Source of the DNA: Candidatus Omnitrophota bacterium
Lineage (GTDB): Bacteria > Omnitrophota > Gorgyraeia > Zapsychrales > Fredricksoniimonadaceae
Length of the DNA stretch: 64,000 nt
NCBI GenBank assembly: GCA_013287965.1
Contig: JABDCU010000006.1
Span: 2,216 to 66,215, forward strand
Reading direction: 5' to 3'
Shown here: in pieces, positions 54,526-64,000 of the stretch
How the letters are laid out: each line of letters begins with the position of its first letter
Numbering within the stretch: the first letter of the stretch is position 1
Made by a program: the position numbers and the translations under genes
The notes under the pieces: generated by a model
The model's input: the letters and a program-made list of their open reading frames with translations, nothing else
The model's database searches: none
Told to the model about the DNA's origin: nothing

Positions 54526-55330
54526 AAGCGAATTGTGTCTCTTTGGCGCTTTCCTGGACCAGGGAATGGTCGATGGCAAATGTGCCCCTTGCAAATCCGG
54601 CCAAGAGGGCGCGGTCGCAGATGATATTGATGACCCGCGGTGTCCCTTTTGAAATATCATAAATGGCCTCAATGGCCTGCGGGGTGAATTGCAGTTTGGG
54701 ATCAGCCCCGGCGACCTTCAGGCGGTGATTGATATATTGCTGGATCTCTTCTTTTTGCAGGGGAAGGATATGGTAGTGCACGCTCACCCGCTGGGTCAGC
54801 TGGCGCAGGGCCGGGCTTTTTAGTTTTTCGCCCAACTCCGGCTGGCCGACTAAGATGATCTGCAGCAGTTTTTCTTTTTCAGTCTCAAGATTGGACAAAA
54901 GCCGGATCTGTTCCAGCTGGCGGACGTTGAGGCTTTGGCATTCGTCGATAATGACAGCCACATTATTGCCTTTGACGGTCTCATCGATCAAAAAAAGGGA
55001 GATGGCGCCCACCAGGTCAAGCTTGGTTTTTTTGACATAGGAGATCCCCAGGTCATTGATGATCATCTGCAGCAATTGCAGGTCCGAAAAATTGGGGTTT
55101 AAGATCAGCGCTGTTTTGACGGACTTGTCCAAACGGTTAAGCAGGGTGCGGCAAAGGGTGGTTTTGCCCGTGCCGATCTCGCCGGTGATGACCACAATGC
55201 CGCGCCGCGAGCTGATGCCGTAAACCAGGTGGCTGAAGGCTTCCTGGTGGCGCGAAGAGGGAAAAAAGAAATCAGGATCAGAAGTGGTGTTAAAGGGCAG
55301 TTCTTTGAGCTTGTAAAAATCCTTGTACAT
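54500..55330 (-). CDS. exeA: ExeA/GspA-family AAA ATPase
   Basis: MYKDFYKLKELPF...ITGEIGTGKTTLCR (Walker A), IIDECQ (Walker B). Start taken at the internal Met (55330). Confidence 0.8.
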   Translation of the reverse strand: MYKDFYKLKELPFNTTSDPDFFFPSSRHQEAFSHLVYGISSRRGIVVITGEIGTGKTTLCRTLLNRLDKSVKTALILNPNFSDLQLLQMIINDLGISYVKKTKLDLVGAISLFLIDETVKGNNVAVIIDECQSLNVRQLEQIRLLSNLETEKEKLLQIILVGQPELGEKLKSPALRQLTQRVSVHYHILPLQKEEIQQYINHRLKVAGADPKLQFTPQAIEAIYDISKGTPRVINIICDRALLAGFARGTFAIDHSLVQESAKETQFAYEHHSRRP

Positions 55331-55369
55331 TACCTTGAATATACACAATAGTTTTGACATAATCAAGGC

Positions 55370-56101
55370 ATGATTGTAAAAACTGAGGGCATCGTCCTCA
55401 AGAGCTTTGATTTCCGCGAGACCAGCCGCATCGCCACTTTTTTCACACGGGACTTCGGCAAGGTCAAAGGTGTTTTAAAAGGCATCCGTAAAGATCCCAG
55501 GAAATTCGGTTCCAGCATAGAGAAATTCTCCGTCAATGATATTGTCTATTACCAATACCGTAACAGCGATATCCATTTGGTCAGCCATTGCGACATGAAG
55601 GATTTTTTTTCAGGCCTCCGTCAGGACCTGGAGCGCATGACCGCGGCCAGTTATGCCTCGGAGCTTATTGACACCCTGATGCCGGCGGAGGAACAAAATT
55701 TGGAGATCTATGGCCTGATGCAGGCGTTTCTTCACGCCCTGCAGTCAACGTCGGATGTCAGCAAACTCGTCCAGACATTCCAGATCAAGATCTTGTCCTT
55801 GTCCGGTTTCCAGCCCCATTTGGAGGCCTGTGTGTCCTGCCATAAAATTGTCGAGGAGCACCCTCGCTTCAGTCTGCGTTTAGGCGGGCTTTTATGCGGG
55901 GTTTGCAAGGATAACGCAGAGGCCACGCCTATTTCCCTGGGGGCAGTGGCGTCCATCCTGCATATCCAAAAAAATAATTGGGAGGCCGCGCTGCGTTTAG
56001 GGATGGCGCCTTTTATCAAGAAAGAACTCAAGTACGTTTTGAACCATTTTTTGGTTTTCCATTTGGAACGCCATTTACGCTCAACGAGGTTCTTATCATG
56101 A
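55370..56101 (+). CDS. recO: DNA repair protein RecO
   Basis: EGIVLKSFDFRETSRI OB-fold start and zinc-finger C.SC......F......G..C..C. Confidence 0.85.
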   Translation: MIVKTEGIVLKSFDFRETSRIATFFTRDFGKVKGVLKGIRKDPRKFGSSIEKFSVNDIVYYQYRNSDIHLVSHCDMKDFFSGLRQDLERMTAASYASELIDTLMPAEEQNLEIYGLMQAFLHALQSTSDVSKLVQTFQIKILSLSGFQPHLEACVSCHKIVEEHPRFSLRLGGLLCGVCKDNAEATPISLGAVASILHIQKNNWEAALRLGMAPFIKKELKYVLNHFLVFHLERHLRSTRFLS

Positions 56102-56577
56102 AAAAAATCTATTGTTTGATGGCATTATGTTTTTTGGCCGGCTGCGCCTCGACCAAGGCGATCTATAAGAATTACGATTATATGGTGCATCCTGAACATG
56201 GGGTGGATGTGCAAGCGGCCAAGATCATGGCGCAAAGGATGCTGGTCAATACGGAAGAAAGGGACAATTACCGGATCTCGTTTCCGGACATTAAGACCGG
56301 ACCCATGGTCTACAAATATCCGGATTACTGGTTTGTGGTCTTTGGGCACAATTTTCTGGAGCCTTTGTCCAGCAACGCGTTGACCGATACCTATAGGGAA
56401 TTACTGGCAACGGAATATCTGGTCGTCATCAATAAAAAGACGGGAAGAATGCCGTTTTTTGGCCAGTGGTATCCCAAGCGCGAGAATGATTTTGACTGGG
56501 TTTTTGACCAGCGTGCCTACAACCGCAAAGACCCTCTGGTCCTTCCGCCGTACAAAAAGAGCAGGGAAATATTTTAG
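56098..56577 (+). CDS. Lipoprotein of unknown function
   Basis: MKKIYCLMALCFLAGC lipobox. ATGA overlap with the recO stop. Confidence 0.6.
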   Translation: MKKIYCLMALCFLAGCASTKAIYKNYDYMVHPEHGVDVQAAKIMAQRMLVNTEERDNYRISFPDIKTGPMVYKYPDYWFVVFGHNFLEPLSSNALTDTYRELLATEYLVVINKKTGRMPFFGQWYPKRENDFDWVFDQRAYNRKDPLVLPPYKKSREIF

Positions 56578-56588
56578 GAGGCAGTGAC

Positions 56589-56924
56589 ATGAATAAAAAA
56601 CAAGCGCTCGCAGCTTTGGTCATATTTTCTTTTTTAGCGGCATCTGCATCTGCAAAGTCAAAACAAGAGCTGCTGCAGCAATTAAACGCCGGTGATATTG
56701 TCGCCAAGATGAAGACACAGCTGGAATTGACCGATCAACAGGTTGATGAGGTCAAGAAGATCGTTGAGGACCGCTTGGCCAAAGAAAAGCAATTAGACCT
56801 TGAAGAGAAAAAGCAGCTGAGCAGGGTCCTTACAGGTGAACAAATGTACACGTGGAATTTCCTGCAAAATGAGGTGGCGCAGGAGAAAGAGAAAAAGAAG
56901 GGCAGTAAGAAAAAAGGTCTTTGA
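56589..56924 (+). CDS. Small periplasmic protein with LTXXQ motifs (Spy/CpxP-like)
   Basis: Signal peptide; LELTDQQVDEV and VLTGEQMYTW; K-rich tail. Confidence 0.45.
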   Translation: MNKKQALAALVIFSFLAASASAKSKQELLQQLNAGDIVAKMKTQLELTDQQVDEVKKIVEDRLAKEKQLDLEEKKQLSRVLTGEQMYTWNFLQNEVAQEKEKKKGSKKKGL

Positions 56925-57029
56925 TGGTAACCATAATTCTCATCCTATTTTAATCCTTCCTTAATCTTCCCTTTGTTACAATTCCCCAGGAAATCAGGGG
57001 CATGGACTAAATAAAAGAAAGGGACCATT

Positions 57030-57317
57030 ATGAAAAAAACTTTGATTTTAGTGGTTTTCGGGGCCATTGTGCTCATCTGTTTGTATTTTGCCGTAGGGCA
57101 GAGTAAGGCTAATATGAACACGAGTGCTAATGCAGAAACCAATGTCGCCGTGGAAACCAATACCGCGGAAACCAATGCTAACGTGGACATCAACGCAGAG
57201 ACGAAGCCAGGTGTGACCACCAGCATGAACGGTAATACAAGTACTAATGCCGGAGTGCCCATTTCAAGCACTTCCGCCAGTAAAGAGAGTAGAAGCGTGA
57301 CCGGCAGCGGCACTTAA
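57030..57317 (+). CDS. Small membrane-anchored/secreted N/T-rich low-complexity protein
   Basis: MKKTLILVVFGAIVLICLYF anchor and reiterated (A)ETN units. The opposite strand is also open, so strand assignment is tentative. Confidence 0.4.
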   Translation: MKKTLILVVFGAIVLICLYFAVGQSKANMNTSANAETNVAVETNTAETNANVDINAETKPGVTTSMNGNTSTNAGVPISSTSASKESRSVTGSGT

Positions 57318-57340
57318 ATAAATGTGTCCGTCACCTTTAT

Positions 57341-59590
57341 TTAGTCCGTCCAGACTTCTGTGATCTCGGCTATCGGCTGGTTGTCAGCTTCGACGGGTGA
57401 ATACCTTTTGGAAGTAAAGCGCTTGGGGCCGGGATGGTGGATTTGCTGCACGATGCTATCGGCCAGGGATTTACCGATGGTTTTGATTGATGCTAAATGC
57501 GTGGCAGTGGCAGGCTTCAGGTCTGCCAAGGTGTGATAGCCGTGTTTAAAAAGCATCCGTGCCCGGATGCGTCCCACACCTTCCAGGACCGCTAATTCCA
57601 GCAATTCTTCCTTGATGCCGTAACGCACGCGCAAACGCAGGGCCTCCAGGTCAAAGGTCATCTTTTTATAGTGAAGCAATTCAGCGATCATGCCCGCGGC
57701 ATAAAGCAGCCATCCGGCGGATTCCACATGGCGGTAAATGTCCCCCGGCCCGACGTTGAAATCATCACACATGGTTTCTTCTTTTTCTTCGTCGATCCAG
57801 CGTGACCATAACCACATGGTCTTAAGTGTCGCATAATAAGTGTAAACATCCTGCAGTTGGGGCAGATCATTGGGGGTCAAGATCAATTCATCCTCGATCT
57901 TGCTGGCCAGACTTTCCAATTCCTCGTAATCACTTTTGCCCACATTTAACATTTCACTGTCAGGGCAGCAGGTGAGCATATGTAAAAGGCCAAAGGTGGA
58001 AAATGATTTTCCCTCGTGGACCTTGGTCAGGCCTTCGCGCAGGATGAGGCTGGTCATGGGGTCGATATACAGGCGGCTCGTCGTGTTGCCGAAGGGGGTG
58101 GTAAAATATTTAAAGCCGCTTTTGTCGATAAAACCGTTTTTGTGCAGGTAATCAAAGATCTCGCCGACCAGGCTTATCAGGTTTGCTCCCTGCTTTTGGT
58201 AAGAAAGAAAGGTGTGGTTGAGAAAGTCAAACATGCTGGTGATATCATGCACATAACCGGCCGCGATCGAAGACAAGATATGGATGCGCAGTGCCGCTTC
58301 TGATCCTAATTTGGAAGTCACAGGTTCGGGCTTGGATAAAATGAAGCGTTCAAATAAGGTGTTTTGCTCGGAAAGGGACTTGGCCATGAGCACGGCTTCC
58401 CCGTGATCATCGTATTGGGGGCGTCCGGCGCGTCCGGCGCATTGCTTGTATTCACCGACCGAAATATACACTGACCCCAAACCGCTGGCATAACGTTTGC
58501 AGTCACGGATGATGGCGCGCCTCGCCGGAAGATTGACACCTGCGGCGAGAGTTGGCGTTGAGCAGATCACCTTGATGATATTGCGTTTGAAATGGTCTTC
58601 GATCAAATGGCGCTGTTTGGGTGTGAGGCCCGCGTGGTGAAAAGCGCAGCCTGCCTTGACGATCTCCGCTAATTTTTTGCAGACCTTGGTGGCGGAATGG
58701 TCTTCGCTGATCTCATTAGCCAGATCACTGAGAACCTTTTTCTCTTCAGGTGTCAGCAGGGTCACTACCGAGGGGCATAATTCACGCGCCGCGGCCTGGG
58801 CCGAACGACGGGAATTAACAAATACTAACACCTGCCCCTGCCCGCGCAGGGTATCCATCACAAGCTTGTTCAGATCCTCGTCCGCATCCTCTTTGACCAG
58901 GCGGATGGAATCATTATTGAACATGATCTTTTCATTAAAATAAACGCCCTCTTTAAGGGGGATGGGACGCCAATTACTAAACGCCAGATTAGCATCCAGC
59001 CAGCCGGCCAATTCCTGGGCATTGCTGATGGTGGCACTCAGGGCCAAGATTTGGATGTCCGGTTTTAGTTGCTTGATGCGGGCCGTGAGGATCTCTAAGG
59101 TGGGCCCGCGAGATTCATCGTCGATAAAATGGATCTCGTCCAGGACGATCACCGAAAGGGAGTTGATCAGCCATCCGGCTTTGTTGCGCAGGATGGAGTC
59201 AACCTTCTCAGCGGTGGCGATCAATATCTGATAGCGATCCAAGTATTTGCCGGGTGAATCCAAATCCCCGGTGGCAATGCCGATCTTGATGCCTAAAGGT
59301 TCATATTTTTTTTTGAAGTCATGGTATTTTTCACTGGCCAGGGCTTTGAGCGGGGCGATGTATAAAGCCTTGCCGCCATCCTGCAGGATGGATTTGAGCA
59401 TGCACAGCTCCGCGATCAGGGTCTTACCGGCAGCCGTAGGCACGGCCATGACCACGTTCTTTTTATCCAATACCCCTTTGCGGATGGCTTCGGCCTGGGG
59501 CGGATGCAGGGTGGTGATGCCGCTGGCTTCAAAAACATCAATGACAGCCTGCGGGAAAGCGTGTTGGGTCAGGAGTTCTTTAAGGTTCAC
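57341..59590 (-). CDS. Ski2-like DExH helicase of the Hel308 type
   Basis: AVPTAAGKT (I), VLDEIH (II), LSAT (III), [13 protein letters not shown] (V), QCAGRAGRP (VI). C-terminal ratchet and helix-hairpin-helix-like [23 protein letters not shown]. Confidence 0.8.
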   Translation of the reverse strand: MNLKELLTQHAFPQAVIDVFEASGITTLHPPQAEAIRKGVLDKKNVVMAVPTAAGKTLIAELCMLKSILQDGGKALYIAPLKALASEKYHDFKKKYEPLGIKIGIATGDLDSPGKYLDRYQILIATAEKVDSILRNKAGWLINSLSVIVLDEIHFIDDESRGPTLEILTARIKQLKPDIQILALSATISNAQELAGWLDANLAFSNWRPIPLKEGVYFNEKIMFNNDSIRLVKEDADEDLNKLVMDTLRGQGQVLVFVNSRRSAQAAARELCPSVVTLLTPEEKKVLSDLANEISEDHSATKVCKKLAEIVKAGCAFHHAGLTPKQRHLIEDHFKRNIIKVICSTPTLAAGVNLPARRAIIRDCKRYASGLGSVYISVGEYKQCAGRAGRPQYDDHGEAVLMAKSLSEQNTLFERFILSKPEPVTSKLGSEAALRIHILSSIAAGYVHDITSMFDFLNHTFLSYQKQGANLISLVGEIFDYLHKNGFIDKSGFKYFTTPFGNTTSRLYIDPMTSLILREGLTKVHEGKSFSTFGLLHMLTCCPDSEMLNVGKSDYEELESLASKIEDELILTPNDLPQLQDVYTYYATLKTMWLWSRWIDEEKEETMCDDFNVGPGDIYRHVESAGWLLYAAGMIAELLHYKKMTFDLEALRLRVRYGIKEELLELAVLEGVGRIRARMLFKHGYHTLADLKPATATHLASIKTIGKSLADSIVQQIHHPGPKRFTSKRYSPVEADNQPIAEITEVWTD

Positions 59591-59647
59591 ACTTGATTTT
59601 GTAGCACAAAGGAGGGATAATTAAAAGTAAATAGTGAGTATTTAAAT

Positions 59648-60088
59648 ATGCGTGTAGTTATTCAGAGGGTCAAAGAAGCACAAGTGAAGGTGGCAGGGCA
59701 GACAGTTGGTCAAATTGCTCAAGGGATGCTGGTCTTTTTAGGTGTTGGCCGCGACGATGACCAAACTTCGGCAGACCATCTGGTCAAAAAAATCACGGAA
59801 TTACGCATTTTTGAGGATGCGCAAGGTAAGATGAATGTATCGGCCGAGGCAAGCGGGGCGCAATTCCTGGTTGTTTCTCAATTCACCCTGTATGGCAATT
59901 GCGACAAAGGCCGCAGGCCTTCTTTTGATGAGGCCGCTGACCCCTCCAAAGGCGAAGAATTGTATAATTATTTTGTGGCGCAATTAAAAGCCACGAAGGC
60001 GAAGGTTGAGACAGGGCAATTTAGAGCCATGATGGATGTATCTTTGATCAACGACGGGCCTGTAACATTTATAATTGATAGTAAATAA
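59648..60088 (+). CDS. dtd: D-aminoacyl-tRNA deacylase
   Basis: MRVVIQRV, SQFTLYG, GRRPSF, NDGPVT. Confidence 0.9.
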   Translation: MRVVIQRVKEAQVKVAGQTVGQIAQGMLVFLGVGRDDDQTSADHLVKKITELRIFEDAQGKMNVSAEASGAQFLVVSQFTLYGNCDKGRRPSFDEAADPSKGEELYNYFVAQLKATKAKVETGQFRAMMDVSLINDGPVTFIIDSK

Positions 60089-60849
60089 TGATCATTGATA
60101 CTCACGCGCACATTGATCAGCTTGAAGATTTGCCAGGCGCGCTTGAGCGTGCGCATGAAGCTGGTGTTAGTGATATAATAGCGGTGAGTGTTGATCTGGG
60201 CTCCATGGAAAAGGTCCTGAGTATCGCAGGTCAGTACCAGAAGCCCAAAATCCATCCGGCCTTGGGCGTGCACCCGGGCATGGTCAAAGCAGAAACACAG
60301 CAGATGGCCCTTGATTTTATGCGCGCGAATTTAAGCCAAGCCCGTGCCGTCGGGGAAACCGGTTTGGATTATTGGTATAAATGGGTGCGCAAAGACGAGA
60401 TAGAGCGTCAACAACAAAAAGACTCCTTTGCCGTTCATTTAGAGTTGGCCCAGGAGTTTGACCTGCCCATTGTCATTCACAGCCGCGGGGCATGGCAAGA
60501 TTGTTTGAGCATGACGTTAGCATCCGGGGTCAAGCGCGCTTTATTCCATTGGTACAGCGGCCCGGTGGATATCCTGGACCAAATTATCAGCGCCGGTTTT
60601 TATGTGTCAACCAGTGTCAGCGTCGCCTATAGCCCCGAATCGCGGCAGGCCATGGGGCATGCGCCGCTAGATAGAATTCTCGTTGAAACAGATGCACCGG
60701 TCACTTACAGGGATGGGGAAACGAAGTTTATGGCTGAACCCAAGGACGTGATAAGGACGTGGAAGGCCCTGGCCCAATTAAAGAATTTGGATGAACAGGA
60801 AGTTTTAACAGTAGTGAACGCAAACGCAAAAGCATTCTTCGGTATCTGA
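60088..60849 (+). CDS. tatD: TatD-family metal-dependent hydrolase
   Basis: MIIDTHAHI, GETGLDY, IHSR, ETDAP. Confidence 0.85.
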   Translation: MIIDTHAHIDQLEDLPGALERAHEAGVSDIIAVSVDLGSMEKVLSIAGQYQKPKIHPALGVHPGMVKAETQQMALDFMRANLSQARAVGETGLDYWYKWVRKDEIERQQQKDSFAVHLELAQEFDLPIVIHSRGAWQDCLSMTLASGVKRALFHWYSGPVDILDQIISAGFYVSTSVSVAYSPESRQAMGHAPLDRILVETDAPVTYRDGETKFMAEPKDVIRTWKALAQLKNLDEQEVLTVVNANAKAFFGI

Positions 60850-60850
60850 T

Positions 60851-62770
60851 ATGAAAAATAAAGTCGGTTGGATACTCAGTATTTTTTTAGCCGCAATACT
60901 GGGTTTTTGGATATGGTCCCAGCGTCCGGGGCTGCCGGTGGATCTGGTATTGCCTTCACATCCGCTGGTTTTTGCCCGTTTGGCGCATACACAAGAGCAT
61001 ATTGACCAGGTGATCAATTCGGATTTTGGAAAAAACATAGCCGCCATTGATGTGCCGGATGTTTTGAGCCGTAATAATTTTTCCTCCAAAGATATCAGGC
61101 ATTTTCAGCGCTGGCAGAAAGACCTGCTGGAAGTTTGGGGCAACCCTTTGATCAAAAGATTTTTGGCCAAAGAAGCTGGCATCGCCGTGTATCGGCAAAA
61201 CAATTCCTATCAGGTTTTTGTGGTTTTGCGCTTGACATTCTCGACGAGGATCGCGGAAGCCTTGGCCCAGCTTTCCCATCACTGGGGCGATGATGTCACC
61301 ATTAAGCAGCAAAAATACCACAGGCGGGTCATTAATCATATTTTATTCAAAAAGCAGCGGGTTGGCTTGGGCTATGTGCGCATCAGGGACCTGGTCATTA
61401 TTGCCCCTGAACCGCTGGGGCATTTGGAAGAGGTGGTGGATGTTTATCAGCATAAGCACGATCCCCTGCAGGCAGACCCTTCGTTCAATTTTGTGCAGCG
61501 CAATGCCTATCCGTCGGGTGACGGTTTGGCTTTTGTTGACCCTGATCTTTTTTCTGTCCCGGGCCTTCAAATGGCGGCCTTTCCGGTGTTGGGAGTGTCG
61601 TACATGCCTGGCGTGGTCAGTAAATATAAAATGATGGTGGGCTTGGATGAAAAGTATATGCCTTTGGGGATGCGCAAGACTTTTGCCTGCCCGGCCTTGA
61701 GTAACGATTCGTTGAAATTCATACCCGACAGCGCCATCTTTTATGATTGGGGGATCTGTTATGATCTTGAGCAGTCCTGGGGACTTGCCAGGCAGAAATT
61801 GGCAGAGTATCCTGCGTTGGCCCAGGGGATCGATAAGTTCAAGAGCAGGTTGGAAAAACACTTTAATATCAATATCAGGCAGGACATCTTGCCTGTCATA
61901 GGCCAGGAGATCGGCGGCTATTTGACGGATGTTGATATGCAGGGCACCTATCCTTTTCCCCGTCTTTTGGTTTTTGTCAAGATACAAGACCGCGTCAAGG
62001 CAGGGCGTTTGCTGGAGAAGCTCACTCAAAATCCGGCCACGACGCTGCACAGTGAAGAATATGACCACGTGGCTATCCATTATGTTTCCCTGCCGTTGGG
62101 GGCCAACATGGACCCGGGATATGCTTTTCTGGGCGATTATTTTTTAGCTGCCACCAGCCGCCAGCTGCTTAAAAAATCCATTGATGCCTATAATGATTCG
62201 ATGCATTCCATTGTTTCTGATGACGCGATCGAGCAATTCAGTTTGGCCGGCGGGGAAAAATTTCATTCCATGGCCTTGATGAAAACATCTGAACTTTCCC
62301 GAAGGGCCCAGGATTTCCTGGGATGGATGGATAAATACCTCTCCGGCCAGGTTTCCATGGCCGCGGCCTATAAGCAGGACGGGGACAATAAAAAGCATGA
62401 ATTGGACGAAGCCATCGCCGACAAGAGCGCGGAACTGGTCCTGGCCCGGAAAAAATTAACTGAGTTGAAAAATACGTCGTTGGTCAATGCTGCCGTCCAG
62501 GACCCGGATTTGGTCAACGGGGCCATTGATAATTTAAGCCGTGAAGAGCAATCCATCCGCGATGATATTGCTAATTACACACAGCAGAAACAAGACCTGT
62601 CCCGTCTCTTGGATAATTACGCGACAGGCGCCCAATCAGCCAAGTTGACCATGTATAACATGGAAAATCTCGTCTCTCCGGTCTTGAAAGGCCTGGAGTC
62701 TATTGATGCCCAGGCGGTGACCGTGCGTTTTGGCGATAAAATACTGGAAACGGAATTTTTAGTTAAATGA
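60851..62770 (+). CDS. Membrane-anchored hypothetical protein (639 aa) with C-terminal coiled coil
   Basis: N-terminal TM VGWILSIFLAAILGFWIW. No motif I can assign. Confidence 0.6.
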   Translation: MKNKVGWILSIFLAAILGFWIWSQRPGLPVDLVLPSHPLVFARLAHTQEHIDQVINSDFGKNIAAIDVPDVLSRNNFSSKDIRHFQRWQKDLLEVWGNPLIKRFLAKEAGIAVYRQNNSYQVFVVLRLTFSTRIAEALAQLSHHWGDDVTIKQQKYHRRVINHILFKKQRVGLGYVRIRDLVIIAPEPLGHLEEVVDVYQHKHDPLQADPSFNFVQRNAYPSGDGLAFVDPDLFSVPGLQMAAFPVLGVSYMPGVVSKYKMMVGLDEKYMPLGMRKTFACPALSNDSLKFIPDSAIFYDWGICYDLEQSWGLARQKLAEYPALAQGIDKFKSRLEKHFNINIRQDILPVIGQEIGGYLTDVDMQGTYPFPRLLVFVKIQDRVKAGRLLEKLTQNPATTLHSEEYDHVAIHYVSLPLGANMDPGYAFLGDYFLAATSRQLLKKSIDAYNDSMHSIVSDDAIEQFSLAGGEKFHSMALMKTSELSRRAQDFLGWMDKYLSGQVSMAAAYKQDGDNKKHELDEAIADKSAELVLARKKLTELKNTSLVNAAVQDPDLVNGAIDNLSREEQSIRDDIANYTQQKQDLSRLLDNYATGAQSAKLTMYNMENLVSPVLKGLESIDAQAVTVRFGDKILETEFLVK

Positions 62771-62937
62771 AGAGCAAGCAGCTTTTTCCTTTGTTGTTGA
62801 TCGTATGTTTGTCCCAAAGCGGCTGTGATCTTTTGGCCCTGCCGGGAGAGATCATCGGCGGCATGTTTGGTTTGGCCGGCCAGGCGCTGGGGGTGGCCTC
62901 GACCCTGCCTTTGCCTCCGCCGTGGATGTTCTTTTAA
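62767..62937 (+). CDS. Small lipoprotein (56 aa; absent from ORF track)
   Basis: MKSKQLFPLLLIVCLSQSGC lipobox. ATGA overlap with the upstream stop. Its stop lies 1 nt before the next ATG. Confidence 0.5.
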   Translation: MKSKQLFPLLLIVCLSQSGCDLLALPGEIIGGMFGLAGQALGVASTLPLPPPWMFF

Positions 62938-62938
62938 T

Positions 62939-63814
62939 ATGTACAAAATCATTCACAAACAAGTTATCGCCCAGGACATCAAGAAGATCGATATCACGGC
63001 ACCTGCCATCGCGGCCCGCGCCCTGCCCGGCCAGTTTGTGATGGTGACGCCTGTTTTGGGTGAGCATAATATCCCCATGACCATTATTGACAGCGACGAG
63101 CGCCGCAGTGTGGTGTCCCTGCTGGTCCATGAAGTAGGGTCAGCTACCCGGAAATTAGGGGACCTTTCCATCGGAGAGGGTGTTTATCAGATGGTGGGGC
63201 CTTTGGGCAGGGGCGCTCAGATGGACAAGTATGGGTTGGTTATTTGTGTGGCCACCGGTATCGGGGCGGCGCAAATCTTGCCGATCTGCCGCGGGTTAAA
63301 GAAAAAGGGCAATAAGGTCATCGGCATTATCGGTGCCAAGTCCAAAAAAGTGCTGATGCTGGAGTCCCAAATGCGGGTGGTCTGCGATGAGATCTTTATC
63401 ACGACCAACGACGGCTCTTATGAGCGCAAGGGCCTGGCCACGGGCCTTTTGAAAGAATTATTGAACAAATACACCGTCCATCGGGTGTATGCCATTGGTT
63501 CGGTGGAGATGATGCAGGCGGCCGCCCAAATGACCAAAGAAAAAAATATCCCCTTAAGGGTGACATTAAACCCGTATATGGTCAATGGGCTCGGGACTTG
63601 CGGGTCGTGCAGGGTAAAAATAGACGGGCAATACCGCCTGGCCTGTGTCGATGGTCCGGAATTCGACGGGCATATGGTGGATTATCAGGATCTAACACTA
63701 CGCATGAATGCGTTGGAGCAGGTAAAATGGGAAAACCATACCCCATCTATCAGCCCAAAGAGGCCAGGGTTCGCAATTTTCGGGAAGCCTCTTTGGGGTT
63801 CATCAAAAAAATAA
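62939..63814 (+). CDS. nfnA: Ferredoxin-NADP+ reductase-like FAD/NAD-binding subunit (NfnA / GltD-partner type)
   Basis: MYKIIHKQVIAQDIKKIDITAP..., GTGIGAAQILP-like site, C-terminal C..C.V......ACVDGPEFDGH [2Fe-2S] motif. Start at internal ATG 62939. Confidence 0.75.
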   Translation: MYKIIHKQVIAQDIKKIDITAPAIAARALPGQFVMVTPVLGEHNIPMTIIDSDERRSVVSLLVHEVGSATRKLGDLSIGEGVYQMVGPLGRGAQMDKYGLVICVATGIGAAQILPICRGLKKKGNKVIGIIGAKSKKVLMLESQMRVVCDEIFITTNDGSYERKGLATGLLKELLNKYTVHRVYAIGSVEMMQAAAQMTKEKNIPLRVTLNPYMVNGLGTCGSCRVKIDGQYRLACVDGPEFDGHMVDYQDLTLRMNALEQVKWENHTPSISPKRPGFAIFGKPLWGSSKK

Positions 63815-64000
63815 CCCAAGAGGAAGCCCGCCGCTGTCCGCAGTGCGCGGTGGCGACCTGCCTGCCTGGCTGTCCTTTGGGCATTGATATCCCGGGGTTT
63901 ATCCGTTTATTGCGCGAAGGCGAGACGGCCCAAGCCCTGGAACGCATTAAAAAAGAGAACCCTTTTCCGGCGATCTGCGGACGTATCTGTCCGGCGCCTT
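63727..64000 (+). CDS. nfnB: NADPH-dependent glutamate synthase beta-chain-like oxidoreductase (NfnB type), 3' end outside window; absent from ORF track
   Basis: MGKPYPIYQPKEARVRNFREASLGF...EARRCPQCAVATCLPGCPLGIDIPGFIRLLREGE...NPFPAICGRICPAP. Open to the window end. Confidence 0.75.
   Translation, partial: MGKPYPIYQPKEARVRNFREASLGFIKKITQEEARRCPQCAVATCLPGCPLGIDIPGFIRLLREGETAQALERIKKENPFPAICGRICPAP

Noticed and set aside
57121-57200. Short reiterated gaaaccaat units considered as a tandem DNA repeat.
   Set aside because: These are irregularly spaced, low-copy units that simply encode the (A)ETN low-complexity region of a small ORF. They are not a distinct DNA-level element.
1-64000. Search for transposases, integrases, phage genes, rRNA and toxin-antitoxin pairs.
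   Set aside because: No ORF shows DDE, tyrosine- or serine-recombinase, capsid or terminase motifs. No rRNA-like sequence was noticed. The only mobile-looking DNA is the short hairpin family and the foldback.

Overview
This is a gene-dense 64-kb chromosomal segment of a diderm (LPS-making) bacterium. I call about 70 genes, all but three on the + strand. All homology calls are by eye from motifs, with no searches run.

Most of the window is ordinary housekeeping:
- hisG, ispE, tRNA-Gln, glmU, prs
- rplY-pth-rpsF-ssb-rpsR-rplI-dnaB
- an outer-membrane/lipid A block (bamA-skp-lpxD-lpxC/fabZ-lpxA-lpxI)
- pilT, icd, lipB and glycolipid/acyltransferase genes
- efp-accB-accC, pfk, gmhA, hldC, thiE, tRNA-Gly
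- nlpD, dgt, an HD-GYP protein, aroB, exeA/gspB-like, recO, dtd, tatD, nfnAB

Two things are not ordinary.

1. Two giant ORFs have a shared-ends, variable-core design. They lie at 1-7436 (5'-truncated, 2,477 codons visible) and 38261-43360 (1,699 aa).
- They share a conserved N-terminal module and a ~65-aa C-terminal module but have completely different cores.
- One core has two tandem MutS-type ATPase modules plus helical repeats. The other has a methyltransferase-like region plus a GGDEF domain.
- The complete copy begins with a Sec-type signal peptide.
- It sits exactly between the ADP-heptose genes gmhA and hldC.

2. A family of short GC-stem hairpin elements occurs in two settings (basal stem GATTC/GAATGAC, with GNRA loops in the intragenic copies).
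- Five copies lie in frame inside the giant ORFs, in both orientations. They translate as VIPA(Q/K)AGIH or VDSR(L/F)RGND. One is a 57-nt expanded version.
- Four more lie 9-16 nt upstream of the start codons of ordinary genes.
- The intragenic copies are far better conserved at nucleotide level than the codons around them.

Other observations:
- a 167-nt near-perfect foldback between icd and lipB
- recurrent D-x-A-M linker motifs at module boundaries of both giant proteins
- three small ORFs absent from the track: a bS22-like basic peptide, a Trm112-like protein and a small lipoprotein
- an orphan lipoyl-domain gene coupled to lipB
- an archaeal-type Hel308-like helicase

I saw no CRISPR array, transposase, integrase or rRNA.

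The lineage cannot be fixed from this window. A PVC-type small basic protein and the giant exported ORFs would fit an Omnitrophota-like uncultured lineage, but that is a low-confidence inference.
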